Shown: positions 23,968-36,342, counted from the first letter of the stretch. The stretch is 64,000 nucleotides of DNA from Squalus acanthias (GCA_030390025.1 CM059432.1:36334001-36398000), one strand, 5' to 3'. The notes: a model not told the origin generated them from the sequence alone. Program-made: numbers and translations.

Positions 23968-24835
23968 ACAACGCCTCAGATAATGAAGCAGTCCATGCCT
24001 GCATGCAGCAAGACCTGGACAACATTCAGGCTTGGGCTGGTAAGTGGCAAGTAACATTCGTGCCACACAAATGCCAGACAATGACCTTCTCCGACAAGAG
24101 AGAGTCTAACCACTGCCCCATGACATTCAACGGCATTACCATCGTCTAGTCCCCCACCATCAACATCCTGGGAGTCACCATTGACCAGAAACTTAACCGG
24201 ACCAGCCGCATAAATACTGTGGCTACAAGAGCGGGTCAGAGGCTAGGTATTCTGTGGCGAGTACCTCGCCTCCCTGACTCTCCAAAGCTTTTCTACCATC
24301 TACAAGGCACAAGTAAGAGTGTGATGGAATACTCTACACTTGCCTGGATGAGTGCAGCTCAAACAACTCAAGAAGTTCGACACCATCCAGGGCAAAGCAG
24401 CCTGCTTGATTGGCACCCCATCCACCACCTTAAACATTCACTCCCTCCCCCACCGGCGCATCGTGGCTACAGTGTGTACCATCTACACAATACACTGCAG
24501 CAACTCGCCAAGGCTTCTTCGACAGCATCTCTTACACCCGTGACCTCTACCACCTAGAAGGACAAGGCCAGCAGGCGCATGGGAACACCATCACCTGCAA
24601 GTTCCCCTCCAAGTCACACACTATCTTGACTTGGAAATATATTGCAGTTCCTTCATTGTCGCTGGGTCAAAATCCTGGAACTCCTCCTTAACAGCACTGT
24701 TGGGAGTACCTTCACCACTCGGACTGCAGTGGTTCAAGAAGGCGGCTCACCACCACCTTCTCTAGGGTAATTAGGGATGGGGCAGTAAGTGCTGGCCTGG
24801 CCAGCGACGCCCACATCCCATGAACGAATAAAAGA
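23968..24835 (+). mobile_element. 5'-truncated copy of the 11507-14772 LINE family
   Basis: QQDLDNIQAWA..WQVTF, ATRAGQRLGIL; tail cccacatcccatgaacgaataaaag. Confidence 0.92.
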
Positions 24836-25701
24836 AACCACAGGTGAGCAGTTTATCTGACAGCAGTCTATGAACATCACAGGACCTGGTTTGCCGAATG
24901 TTGTAGGGTCAAAAACAACAAGCATTATATCTTTGTATTTGTTATAATCTTCATTCCTGTTCCAAATGGTCATCTGACACATTTTTAAAAGTATGTAAAA
25001 ACAACATTAAAAACATTTTTTCTGGGTGTCTATTCCACATAGCTTTTGGAGGGGAAGTAGAAAAAACAGAAGAGATTCTATCTGGTTTTAAGTTTTTTGT
25101 TTGTATCTTAATTTTATACACTGGTCCTCCTAGTTCTATTGAATACATCAGATATTGGACAGACGGATCTTAACACGGGGTCAAAACGGGAGAATAATTT
25201 GTAGGGAAGGAAGTGTTATCACAATCTAAAAACTTCTCAAAGCGCTTCACCACTATAGAGAAAGAGCAGGGTAGTGGGACAAATTGGATAGCTCTTTCAA
25301 AGAGCTCGCACAGGCAAAATGGGTGGAAGAGCTGCCTTCTGTGCTATGAGTCTATGAGTTACTCTGAAATGCAGTCACTGTTGTACAGAGAAATCTGACG
25401 GCTATTTTATGCACAAGATCGCAAAAAGTAAATGGCAACTGTAAACAATGGAGGGATGTAGTCAGGAAACCTCCCATCAAATAGTGCCATGGATTCTTCA
25501 ATCTCTACTAGAACAGAAAGATATGTCTTTCATTTAACTACTCATATTGGAAGGATGGCACCTCTGACAATGCAGAATGCCCTCTAAATTATGGGCAGCG
25601 GGGGGGGGGGGGAATTCTACCAATTGAGTAAAGCTTACACTTGCTTAGCTGGAGGTATTTAACACTCCTCTCCCAGCAAGTGAGCAAATGCCAAATGCAT
25701 G

Positions 25702-26088
25702 GGTTTTTAAAATTCATTTTCAGGGTGTGGACATCGCTGGCAATGCTGGAATTTATTGCCCATTCCTACTTTCCTTGTGAAGGTGATGATGCAATTGAGT
25801 GTCTTGCTAGGCCACTTCAAAGAGCAGTTAAGAATCAACCACATTGGTGTGGGACTGGAGTCACATATAGGCCAGACAGGTAAGAAAAGCAGGCTTCCTT
25901 CCCTAAAGGAATTTAATGAACCATTTGGGTTTTTAACGACAATTCGACAGCTTCATGGTCACTTTTACTGATATCAGCTTTTTATTTCCGTATTTTTCCA
26001 AAAATTCTCAAACTGCCATGGTGGTATTTGAACTAGAGTTCTCTGAATTATTAGTCCGGGCCTCTGGATTCCTAGTCCAATAACATGC
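25702..26088 (-). mobile_element. Meta-domain SINE
   Basis: Collinear with 1560-1916 and 14455-14760. Confidence 0.8.
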
Positions 26089-26089
26089 T

Positions 26090-26370
26090 ATTGAAATCTC
26101 ACAATGGCAAATTGTGAAATTGAATTCAATAAATATGGTAATTTGTGAGAAATTAGCCTTGAAAGCTGCCAGGTTATCATTAAAAACCCAACTAGTTCAG
26201 TAATGTTCTTCAGGGAAGGGAACCTGTACATGTGACTAGTTCACACTGACTCATTTTTATCTGAGTGGCCTAGCAAGCTGCTCAATAATAGCTTCAATAA
26301 AGGCCCTCCACTGGGAACCTCGGGATAAGCAATAAATACTAACGTCGCCCACGACCCAGGAACAAATTTA
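26090..26370 (+). mobile_element. Degraded Meta-domain SINE, head-to-head with the previous copy
   Basis: taaaaacccaactagttcagtaatgttcttcagggaagg and tail gcaataaatac..gtcgcccac. Confidence 0.65.
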
Positions 26371-27049
26371 AAAAAATTTAAAAGTGTAATGTTTTAGGGA
26401 TGTATTGGGACAAAGAATGCATTTATATATGCCATTTGAAAGATTATCAAAATGATTAACTGTGGACGTTGAAGGAAAGCCAGCCATGTGTGTTTAATGA
26501 AATGAGAAATTTGGATAGAAACAGAAGTCATTTTTAAAATTGCTTTTAAAAAGTTAATTCTGTATTGGGAGAAAATTGGAAAGAAAGAAGCAACAGACTG
26601 GAAATATGGGAGAGACGCGTGGGAGAAGAAAAAATGGCAGAAATGTGAAATGTTTTTATGAGCGCTGGCATTCCTTTGTTACTTGTATGGGTAGGAGATG
26701 CATTTGAATTTAGAGATTTAAAAAAATCTTTTCATTGAGTTTGTTAATAGGAAGCAGCAGGACCAGATGAAATGTATCCAGAGGTGCTTTTATATTGTCC
26801 TTAATTTAATCTGGATTAATTAATCAGGGAAACCATGAGTTGACTCTGCTGAACCTGGCTCCCTTGTCCTGGTGGCAGGTTCTGCGAGCCTCCCACTAGG
26901 TTAAGGGAGCTGGATTTATTAACATAAATTTTGAAAGTCAGCTCACAAGACACCAGTCTTCTGGAATATGGATTAAAACAAAGCCAATATAAAAGCTGCT
27001 TATAGAGATGGGAGTAGGAAGAGGGGAAGTTCTAAGCTTCAACTCATTG

Positions 27050-27400
27050 AATACAGCGGCAGTACCAGGCAATTGGAAAAATATCTTGTGTTCCAATTCT
27101 TAAAAAGGTCAGAAGCATGATCTACAAAATTATAGAGCTGTTAGCTTGACATCAATTGCAAGAAAAACATTGGAGTCTGTTTATAGAGGAAGCAATTCAA
27201 AATTATTAAGAGGAAATATGATTCCAAGCCAACACAGGTTTATAAAAGGCAGGTCATGCACAAGTTTATTGGAATCTTTTTAGGATATGATGCTGTTGGA
27301 TGTTTTGACTTTCAGATGCTATTTGCTGTCAAATGACTTGAGACTAAAGAAAGCTCCAATAAATGCTGAAATTGCCAAAGTAATAGGAAACCAAGAGTAG
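27050..27400 (+). mobile_element. Old CR1 RT fragment
   Basis: Degenerate VPxNWK..VPILKK..NYRAVSLTS..QHRFIKGRSC motifs. Confidence 0.6.
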
Positions 27401-28445
27401 TGATTGTAAAATTTTAACACTTTACAAATAAAAATCAAGCAACACAATAGGAACCAACATTAGCGATGGAGCTTTTAACCAATTTAAAAAAAAAAAAAAA
27501 AAATTGCTCTTAGGATGTAGGTGACATGGGTAAAGCCGCATTTAGTTGCCCTGAGTGGTGGTGGGCCTTCTTGAACCGCAGCAGTCCTTGAGGTGCTGGT
27601 GCTCCCACAGTGGTGTTGGGTAGGGAATTCCAGGATTCTGGCATATTGAGAATGAACAACAAAAGGGAAACCTTGTACAACAAAACCAAAAGTGTCTCAA
27701 AGTCTCCAGGCATTCTGGCACCAATATCCAAAACCCTCCCATGAGGACTTAAAACAGAAGATGTCCAATCTGTGAACTGAAAGCCACATGTGGTGTGCAA
27801 ACCTAGGGAACCCGCTCCATAAAGCCCATGCAACTGTATTCTGCTTGTATTTCTTGCTGTTTTGTCCAGTCTTGAATGCGTTGCAATTTCCTCCAGCTAA
27901 ACATTGATGAGACCAAAGCCATCGTCTTGAATTCCCGCCACAAACTCTGGCCATGGATTCCATCTCCATCACCGGCCACTATCTTGGGCTGAACCAGAAA
28001 GTTCACAACCTTGGTGCTCTATTTATCACTGAGCTGAGTTTCCGACCCCCTATCTACTCCATCACAAGAACGGTTCCAGCAGATTGGAGGGTGGCAAATG
28101 TAACCCCACTATTTAAAAAAGGAGGGAGAGAGAAAACAGGAAACTACAGACCGGTTAGCCTAACATCAGTAGTAGGGAAAATGTTAGAGTCTATTATAAA
28201 GGATGTGATAACAGAACACTTGGAAAATATCAACGAGATTAGACAAAGTCAACATGGATTTATGAAAGGGAAATCGTGTTTGACAAACCTACTGGAGTTT
28301 TTTGAGGATGTAACTGGTAGAATAGATAAGGGAGAACCAGTGGATGTGGTGTATTTGGATTTTCAGAAGGCCTTTGATAAAGTCCCACATAAGAGGTTAA
28401 TGTGCAAAATTAAAGCACATGGAATTGCGGGTAATCTACTGGCAT

Positions 28446-29676
28446 TGTAGGTGGTTTGTGTCAGCTTCACTTCTGAGCGGTTCGAATCGCTCCCACTCCC
28501 TTGGTTCTAGACCTTGGACTTATTTGGGGGTTGTGATAAAAAGTGCAGCAGACAACTGAGTTTGATGCAAGAACTTTGATCTTTATTTAATAAAGTAAAA
28601 CACAACACAAACGCTCTTAACACTCAAAGTGGGGAACACTTCGGTACAAGCGAGGGAAATAACATTCGAAGAATACTTCACCCCTCCCAATCCCACTTCT
28701 CTAGCTAGATTGGACTCCAGAGGACCAGGGATAATGCTCACCAAACGAATCCTTGACAGTTGAGAGTTGGGGTTTAGAGTCTTTTGAGTAAAAAGTTTCG
28801 TAAGGCCCTTGTTGCCGCGAGGTGTCCGATGGTCACTGAGGCGGTCGCTCTGGTCTCTTCTTGCGTGTCGGCCTACTTCTGGAGCTGCTGGCCTTCTTTG
28901 TTTAACTTCTTCTTTCTGTTGCCCCCTTGCCTTGTTGAACTGTCTTCAGAGCTGTGGAACTGCCTTCTTGCAGAACTGTGGAACTGCCTTCTGCCGGACT
29001 GCTTGCTGAACTCCCTGCTGCTTGCTGTAACTGCTGTCCTGTCTGTGCTTGAACTTGAGAAAAGCAGGCCTTCAATTATACTAATTGAAGCCTCCTTTGT
29101 TGCGCGCCAAATCAAATCCCGGTCATTGTATGATTTTGGAGGGCTCGTTAACAGTAACTGGTTTGTAAATGTGTGAAGTGGTTTCGGGATAGACTCCATC
29201 CTGTCGATTTGCTACTTAATCGGAGTTTGATTGTTCTTATGTTTTGGGTTTTCTTGGCTGGGCCTATGAATTCTATAGAGCGGGTCCAAGTGATTTGTTT
29301 TATGCGTGTTTTTGATGAGTCCTGTGATGGTTTTGATGGGGCCTGTAATTTTGGGTGGGACTGCTCTTTCCCTGGGTTTATTGTTAAAATGTTAATGTCT
29401 GCTGGGGCTTGAGTGAGGTCATCCCGGTTCCCCAGACAGTGTAATTAACTCCAATATCCAAAACTGCTTTTACAGAGGTCGAGCCCACCTCCTTGTCCTT
29501 TTACAGGCCCAGACATGTCTTTTAAAATCCCAAATCTCGGTTTTTGCACTAAAATGTCCTTCGGTTAAGCCCAATGCACTTCACCACCCTGTAATAGTTA
29601 GGAAAGAGTCCAAAGTCTTTTTCCTTAGGGGTTTTCTTAGAGTTAAGGGGGATCTGTGAATTTTGAGAATCTTACA
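28446..29676 (-). mobile_element. Solo LTR (ERV or Gypsy), 1231 bp
   Basis: Starts TGTAG, ends TTACA, flanked by 4-bp TSD GCAT (28442-28445, 29677-29680); removal restores the CR1 sequence aatctactggcatggattgaaaattgg. Orientation inferred from minus-strand TATAA (~29076-29081) and AATAAA (~28582-28587). Confidence 0.8.
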
Positions 29677-30500
29677 GCATGGATTGAAAATTGGTTAACA
29701 GACAGGAAACGGAGAGTAGGAATAAATGGGTCTATTTTGGGGTGGCAGGTGGTGACTAGTGCGGTACCGCAGGGATCAGTGCTTGGGCCCCAGCTATTCA
29801 CAATATATATCAATGATTTTGGATGAGGGAACCAAATGTAATATTTCCAAGTTTGCTGATGACACGAAACTAGGTGAGATTGTGAGTTGTGAGGAGGATG
29901 CAAAGAGGCTTCAAGGCGATTTAGACAAGCTGGGTGAGTGGGCAAATACATGGCAGATGCAGTATAACGTGGATAAATGTGAAGTTATCCACTTCGGTAG
30001 GAAAAACAGAAAGGCAGAGTATTATTTAAATGGTGATAGATTGGGAAATGTTGATGTACAGAGGGACCTGGGTGTCCTTGTACACCAGTCACTGAAAGCA
30101 AGCATGCAGGTGCAGCAAGCAGATAGGAAGGCAAATGGTATGTTGGCCTTCATTGCAAGAGGATTTGAGTACAGGAGCAAGGATGTCTTACTACAGTTAT
30201 ACAGGGCCTTGGTGAGACCACACCTGGAGTACTGTGTGCCGTTTTGGCCTCCTTACCTAAGAAAGGATATACTTGCCATAGAGGGAGTGCAGCAAAGGTT
30301 CACCAGACTGATTCCTGGGATGGCAGAACTGTCGCATGAGGAGAGATTGGGTCGACCAGGCCTGTATTCACTAGAGTTTAGAAGAATGAGAGGGGATCTC
30401 ATTGAAACGTATAAAATTCTGACAGGGCTAGACAGACTGGATGCAGGGAGGATGTTTCCCCTGGCTGGGGGGTCTAGAACGAGGTGTCACAGTCTAAGGA

Positions 30501-31598
30501 TACATGGATCGAGAATTGGCTAACAAACAGAAAGCAGAGAGTCGGGATAAATGGTTCATTTTCCGGTTGGCAAATGGTAACTAGTGGGGTGCCACAGGGA
30601 TCAGTGCTGGGGCCTCAACTATTTACAATCTACATTAATAACTTGGTTGAAGGGACCGAGTGTAATGTAGCCTAGTTTGCGGATGATACAAAGATGGGTG
30701 GGAAAGCAAGTTGTGCAGAGGACTCAAAGAATCTGCAAAGGGAGATAGACAGGCTAAGTAAGTGGGCAAACATTTGGCAGATGGAGTATAATGTGGGAAA
30801 GTGAGGGGTTATCCACTTCGGCAGGAAAAATAAAAAAGCAAATTATTATTTAAATGGAGAGAGATTACAAAATGCTACAGTTCAGAGGGACCTAGGGGTC
30901 CTTGTGCATGAAACACAAAGTTAGCATGCAGGTACAGCAAGTAATCAAAGGAAAATGGAATGTTGGCCTTTATTTCAAAGGGGTAGGAGTATAAAAGCAG
31001 GGAAGTCCTGCTACAACTGTACAGGGTATTGGTGAGACCACACCTGGAGTACTGCGTACAGTTTTGGTCTCCTTTATTTAAGGAAGGATATACTTGCATT
31101 GGAGGCAGTTCAGAGACGATTCACTAGGTTAATTCCAGAGATGAGGGGGTTGACTTATGAAGAAAGGTTGAGCAGGCTGGGCCTATACTCATTGGAATTT
31201 AGAAGAATGAGAGGTGATCTTATTGAAACATACAAGATACTGAGGGAGCTCGACAAGGTAAATGCAGAGAGGATGTTTCCCCTTGTGGGGAAATCTAGAA
31301 CGCGGGGGCACAGTTTTAGAATAAAGGGTCGCCCTTTTAGAACTGAGATGAGGAGGAATTTCTTCTGAGGGTCGTAAATCTGTGGAATTCTCTGCCCCAG
31401 AGAGCTGTGGAGGTTGGGTCATTAAATACATTTAAGGTGGAGATGGACAGATTTTTGCAAGATATGGGAGTGAAGGGTTATGGGGAGCGGGCGGGGAAGT
31501 GGCTTTGAGCCCAAGATCAGCCATGATCTTATTGAATGGCGGAGCAGGCTCGAGGGGCCAAGTTGCCTATTCCTGCTCCTATTTCTTATGTTCTTATG
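30501..31598 (+). mobile_element. Second CR1 3' fragment nested in the 3' end of the first
   Basis: Restarts at [19 protein letters not shown] and ends with a GTTCTTAT-type tail; host resumes at taagacattgaggactgagatgagg. Confidence 0.88.
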
Positions 31599-33339
31599 TA
31601 AGACATTGAGGACTGAGATGAGGCTGTGGAGGCCAAGTCACTGAATATATTTAAGAAGGAGATAGATATATAGACGCAAAAGGCGTCAAGGGTTATGGGG
31701 AGAGAGCGGGAATATGGTATTGAGATAGAGGATCAGCCATGATATTGAATGGCGGAGCAGGGCCGAATGGCCTACTCCTGCTCCTATTTTTCTATGTTTC
31801 TTCTATTGCCCACGTCTGCTGCTGAAACTCTGATCCATGCTTTTGTCACCTCCAGACTTGACTATTCCAATGCTCTTCCGTCCAGCCTCCCATCCCCCAC
31901 CCTCCGCAAACTTCACCTCATCCAAAACTCTGTCTGTATCCTATCACCCATGTGCCCACTGACCTACATTGGCTCCTACTCCCTTAACGCCTGAAATTTA
32001 AAATTCTTATCCTAGTGTTTAAATTCACGGCCCCACCCCCAACAAAATCTCTGCTTCTGGCCTCCTGTGCATTCTCCCCCTCCCTTCATCACACCATTGA
32101 TTGCTGCGCCAGCAGCCGTCTAGGTCCATGCTCTGGAATTCCCTCCCTAAAACCCTCTGCCTTTCCACCTCCCTCTTCTTTAAAACCCACCACTTTGACC
32201 AAACTTTTGGTCATTCCTCTTAATACCATTTTCTTTGGCTCGGCGCTCTCTTTTTCTTGCACCTCTGTGAAACGCCTTGGGATGCTTTATTTTTCTATAC
32301 TGAAGGCACTATATAAATGCGAGCTGATATTTTTTATTTTCTGGGGTCTAGTGGCTCGGAACGGGCTGCCCTTAGTGCAGCTGCTTTGTTGGTGGATAAA
32401 TGCTAAATCAGAGCACCAAGATCTGTTGGTATCAGCAGTTTAAGATCTGCAAATTAATGGAGAAGTGGAGTGGCCAGGAGACTAAAGTTTGGATATGCCT
32501 GCAGTAAGGGATTAAAAGGCTAGGTGAGCTCCCTGAGTAATCACTTATGTGGGAGAGGATCATTGGCTCTCCAGACTTCCTGAGAAGACCCCAGGTTTTT
32601 CTCGTCAGAGAAATATACATCTTTTGGCAGTGATGAAAGTCCCTGAAATATGATCAGACTGCAGTGGTCACCCCTTCGGGTGGTTTCTACATTCTGATTG
32701 TTTTTTGTTATAAGAATCTATTTTTTGAGCCCTATTTCAAATCTTCTGGGAACCTGAGAACAGATGGATAGCTAAATCAATAGTGGCTAATCAAGAATCC
32801 TACATCGTCCAAAAACTAAAATCTTGGGACCCAGTGGTCTTTTCCTGTTGTACTGAAACCTGATCATACAATCCAGGTTCAGTACATAGAATTAGTGAAT
32901 GTGGATTGGGTGTGACACTTTTTTAACACACACCCTCCTAGACAATTTTTTTTCTTCAAAATCTAGTGAGAGGAGCTGCCTTGATTTTGCTAAAGCCTCC
33001 CCCATGTAGTATTAAGCCATACCAGCTGAAATACCTGTTGAGGCCCTACAATTGGCCTCAGCACACTTGTACTGGGGAGGGGGGAAATTAGCTGGAGCAT
33101 TTGCTTCTAATTGTTATCCAGTGACTCCTGATGAAAAATATGCATGTGTAGACATCAGGTCACCCATTTGTAGTGATCTGTACAGACCTAGTCAAGTTAC
33201 CTCCAGTTATCCATATCTCATCTGGGTGACTCAGTAACCTCTCTAGATCATATCTAGGTGTCTTAGTAATCTTTCTTGATCTTGCCTGAATGTCTCTAAT
33301 ATCTGTAGATCTGATCCAGGTGTCTGTAATCTGGAATAA

Positions 33340-33660
33340 CAACCGAAAACGCTGGAAAAACTCAGCAGGCCAGGCAGCACCCGTGGAGAGAGAAACAGAG
33401 TTAACGTTTCAGGTCAAAGACCGTTCGTCAGAACTAGAAAAAAGCAGGAAATGAAATAGATTTTAAAGCAAGTATAATGCTGGGAAAAAGGGGAGGGGAT
33501 GAAAGAACAAAAGGGAAGGTCAGTGGTAGGATAGAAAGCAGGAGAGATTGAGAGACATTAAGAGATATTCAAGGCAAGAGGAGGTGGTAATGTGACAGGT
33601 TGAGGAACAAAGGATGGCTCTAGATGAAGTGTGAAATGCGCTGGCAGAATGAAGCATCCG
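33340..33660 (-). mobile_element. Penelope-like terminal (pseudo-LTR) fragment
   Basis: aacgctggaaaaactcagcaggccaggcagcacccgtggagagagaaacagagttaacgtttcaggtc recognised as a fish/shark Penelope terminal sequence; contains a hammerhead core. Confidence 0.7.
33399..33435 (-). ncRNA. Minimal type I hammerhead ribozyme motif
   Basis: Minus strand AGUU-CUGACGA-aC-GGUC-uuu-GACC-u-GAAA-CGUU-AACU: conserved core CUGANGA/GAAA/UH, stem I AGUU:AACU, stem II GGUC:GACC, palindromic AACGUU in place of stem III. Confidence 0.7.
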
Positions 33661-34150
33661 CAGTATTTTGCTATCGTCTGTAATCTGGATCTGGGCAGGC
33701 TAGATAGTGCGCAGAGAAGTGGAAGATGAAGCTCAACATATAAAATTGTGAACATGTCAACATTAGAAGTAGCACCAATGTGATATACACATTAAATGGA
33801 AATATGCTCGCAGTATCAGAGCAGGAAAGAGATCTAGCAGTGGATGGGTTATTAAAAATCATAAATTCGGTGTTCACAGGCAGTGAAGAAAGCAAATAAA
33901 AGGTTGGGATGTATAGCTGGGGATGAGTTATAGCTGGGGGTGAGTTATAATTCTAAGGGGGTGATGTTGAATTTTCATCAGTCCTTGCTTTTAGGGCACA
34001 GCTGGTGTATGTTCAGTATTGCAGGAAAGATGTAGAAATATTGGAGGGGGTTCATAGGAGGTCTACAAGGCTAATTCCTGAATTTCAATGGACTGAGTTA
34101 TGAAAAGATTTCTTACCCTGGGACTTTACTCTCTGGGGAAAGAGGAGGAG
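33660..34150 (+). mobile_element. Old CR1 3' fragment
   Basis: Degenerate DLGRLD..KWKMKLNI..YTLNG..ERDL..RKDVEILEGVHRR..RLIPE. Confidence 0.6.
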
Positions 34151-34169
34151 GGAGAACTTCATGGGTATG

Positions 34170-34445
34170 GAGTTCGCTTGCTCAGCATCCCATTCACTAG
34201 CCTGAACATCATCTCCTTCCACTACCAGCATACTGTGGCTGCAGTGTGTAGCTACAGAAGCACTGCAGAAACTCAGTAAGACTTCTGTGGCAGCATCTCC
34301 CAAACCTTCAACCTCCACCACTTAGAAGGACAAGGGCAGCAGCTGCAGGTGAATACCATCACCTCCGAGTTCCCCTCCAAGTCATACACCACCCTGACTG
34401 AACATATATTGCCATTCTTTCATCGTTGCTGGGTCAAAATCCTGA
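34170..34445 (+). mobile_element. Degraded 3' fragment of the 11507-14772 LINE family
   Basis: ccaccacttagaaggacaagggcagcag...ttcccctccaagtcatacacc...gctgggtcaaaatcctg. Confidence 0.7.
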
Positions 34446-34570
34446 CACTCGAGAGTCATCTGTCAGGCACAGGATTCGAAAACCTGGGTGGGGAAATTTT
34501 AAAATTAAGGGTGACAAAAATGTTGGGGGCTTTAGCCAATTAAAAATTTTTTTTTTAAAGAGGGTGTTGG

Positions 34571-35002
34571 AAAGAAAGACTTGTATTTATATAGCACCTT
34601 TCACGACCTCAGGACGTCCTAAAGCTTTTATAGCCAATGAAGTACTTTTGAATTGTAGGCATTGTTGTAATGTAGGCAATGCAGCAGCCAATTTGCACAC
34701 GGCAAGCTCCCACAAAAAGCAATGAAATAAATGACCAGATATCCGTTTTAGGTGTGGGTTGAATAATAAATGTTGGCAAGAACATCGGGAGAATTCCCCT
34801 GCTCTTCGAATATTGCCATGGGATCTTTTACATCTGCCTGAGAGGGCAGTAACGTTTCATCTGAAATACGGCACCTCCGACAGTGCAGCATTCCCTCAGC
34901 ACTGCACTGGAGCGTCAACGTAGATTATGTTCTCGAGTGGGACTTGAACCCCACAACCTTCTGACTCGAGGAAGAGTGCTACCATTGAGCCAGAGCTGAC
35001 AC
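34571..35002 (-). mobile_element. SacSINE1-like DeuSINE
   Basis: Collinear with 17745-18205. Confidence 0.85.
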
Positions 35003-35820
35003 CTCAAATTGATAGCATTGTGGAACACATTGCCAGTAGGGTAGGTGGAACAGAAAATTATGGCAGGGTTTTATATAAAAAGGACTGGATCAATTCCTAT
35101 AGGTTCTGGAATCTTGGTAAGGAAACTGCTGAAGGATTATAAGGGTAGGTGAGGTGGATCAATGGTTTTGTGAAGTGTTAGTGTTAATATTCAGAATCTC
35201 TATTTGGGTGAGGTACAGGAGGGTGGCTGGTGCCTACGAAACTGCAGCAAAACAGCATTTGGCACCTTCAGCAGAGGACTAAATGTAACGAATCTAACAG
35301 ATGGCTGTGGTGAAGACAAATGATTCTGTGCATTGTCTAGTGCTGAGTATTATGTGAATCTGGATAGGTGCTGGCCTGGCACAGTCCTGAGAACAGAGGG
35401 GATGTGCTGCACATCAGATCTACAAATGGTGGTTGGGTTTGGAGCCAATGTAGCTCATGCAAATAGCTTCCTTGCTGGTGTTGATTCAAACTGAAGTGCA
35501 GGGTACTGTTTCTAACCTCCTATTAGCACTGTTCTTTTTCTCTCCTCTCACCCTCAGCCCAGGCTACTGGCATTCCACAAAGTAAGTTACAATTATGTCT
35601 ACTTTCATCTACTGGAACAACATTTATGTAGTGTCTTTAATGTTTTTTTAAAAAAAAGACCCAAGGCACTTCATAGAATCATAGAAATTTGTGGCAGAGA
35701 AGGAGGCCATTCGGTCAATCGTGTCTGTGTTGGCTGAAAGAGCTATCCAGCCTAATCCTAATTTTCAACTCTTGGTCCGTAGCCCCGTAGGTTACGGCAC
35801 TTCAAGTGCATATCCAAGTA

Positions 35821-36184
35821 CAGGAAACTCTTTATTAACCGGCACCGACTGGACCAGCGGGGTGCCGGTTAATCAAAAAGTCCGGATAATGGAGAGTTAT
35901 ATCTCCCAACGTACGAGAGCCCCGTACACACTGACATGCGCCTGCATTCGGAGCTCCGTCTCCCCGGGGACCGCCAGCTGACCATCTGTCGTGTCTGCTG
36001 CCTACCCGGGCTGCACATTCCCCTCCCAATCTACATGCTCCGATACAAGGCAAACGCCTCGGGGTTTTAAAAAAAGTTATTTTTAAAGGAGAGATGAAGG
36101 AAAACCCCGGTTACCTACTCAAGAATTTTGCCGGTTAAGAGAGATTTCCGGTTATTTGGGTGCCGGTTAAAAGAGAGTTTCCTG
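35821..36184. mobile_element. Tc1/mariner (pogo/Tigger-like) MITE with the same termini as 19638-20194
   Basis: CAGGAAACTCT / AGAGTTTCCTG; TA TSD (35819-35820, 36185-36186); the empty site catatccaagtactttttaaa is present in the paralogous CR1 at ~47056-47076. Confidence 0.92.
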
Positions 36185-36342
36185 TACTTTTTAAATGTGA
36201 TTAGGGTTTCTGCCTCTACCACCCTTCAGGCAATGAGTTCCAGACTCCCACCACCCTCGGTGGAAAAAGGTTCTCCTCAACTCCCCTCTAATCCTTCTAC
36301 CAATTACTTTAAATCTATGCCGCCTGGTTATTGACCTCTTTG

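Larger units (their letters stand above)
28070..31800 (+). mobile_element. CR1 LINE RT/3' region (28070-28445, 29677-30500, ~31599-31800) split by a solo LTR and a second CR1
   Basis: VPADWRVANVTPLFKKG..NYRPVSLTS..YLDFQKAFDKVPH; resumes WIENWL after the LTR; KFADDTKL. Confidence 0.92.
27835..32325 (+). mobile_element. L2 LINE 3' fragment (27835-28070 and ~31805-32325) hosting nested CR1 and LTR insertions
   Basis: aatttcctccagctaaacattg..gaccaaagccatc before the break; AETLIHAFVTSRLDYSNAL and L2 tail aaggcactatataaatgc after it. Confidence 0.8.

Noticed and set aside
28784..29412. Overlapping 66-130 aa ORFs inside the solo LTR as accessory viral genes
   Set aside because: Low complexity, no recognisable motif, and present on both strands as expected by chance.
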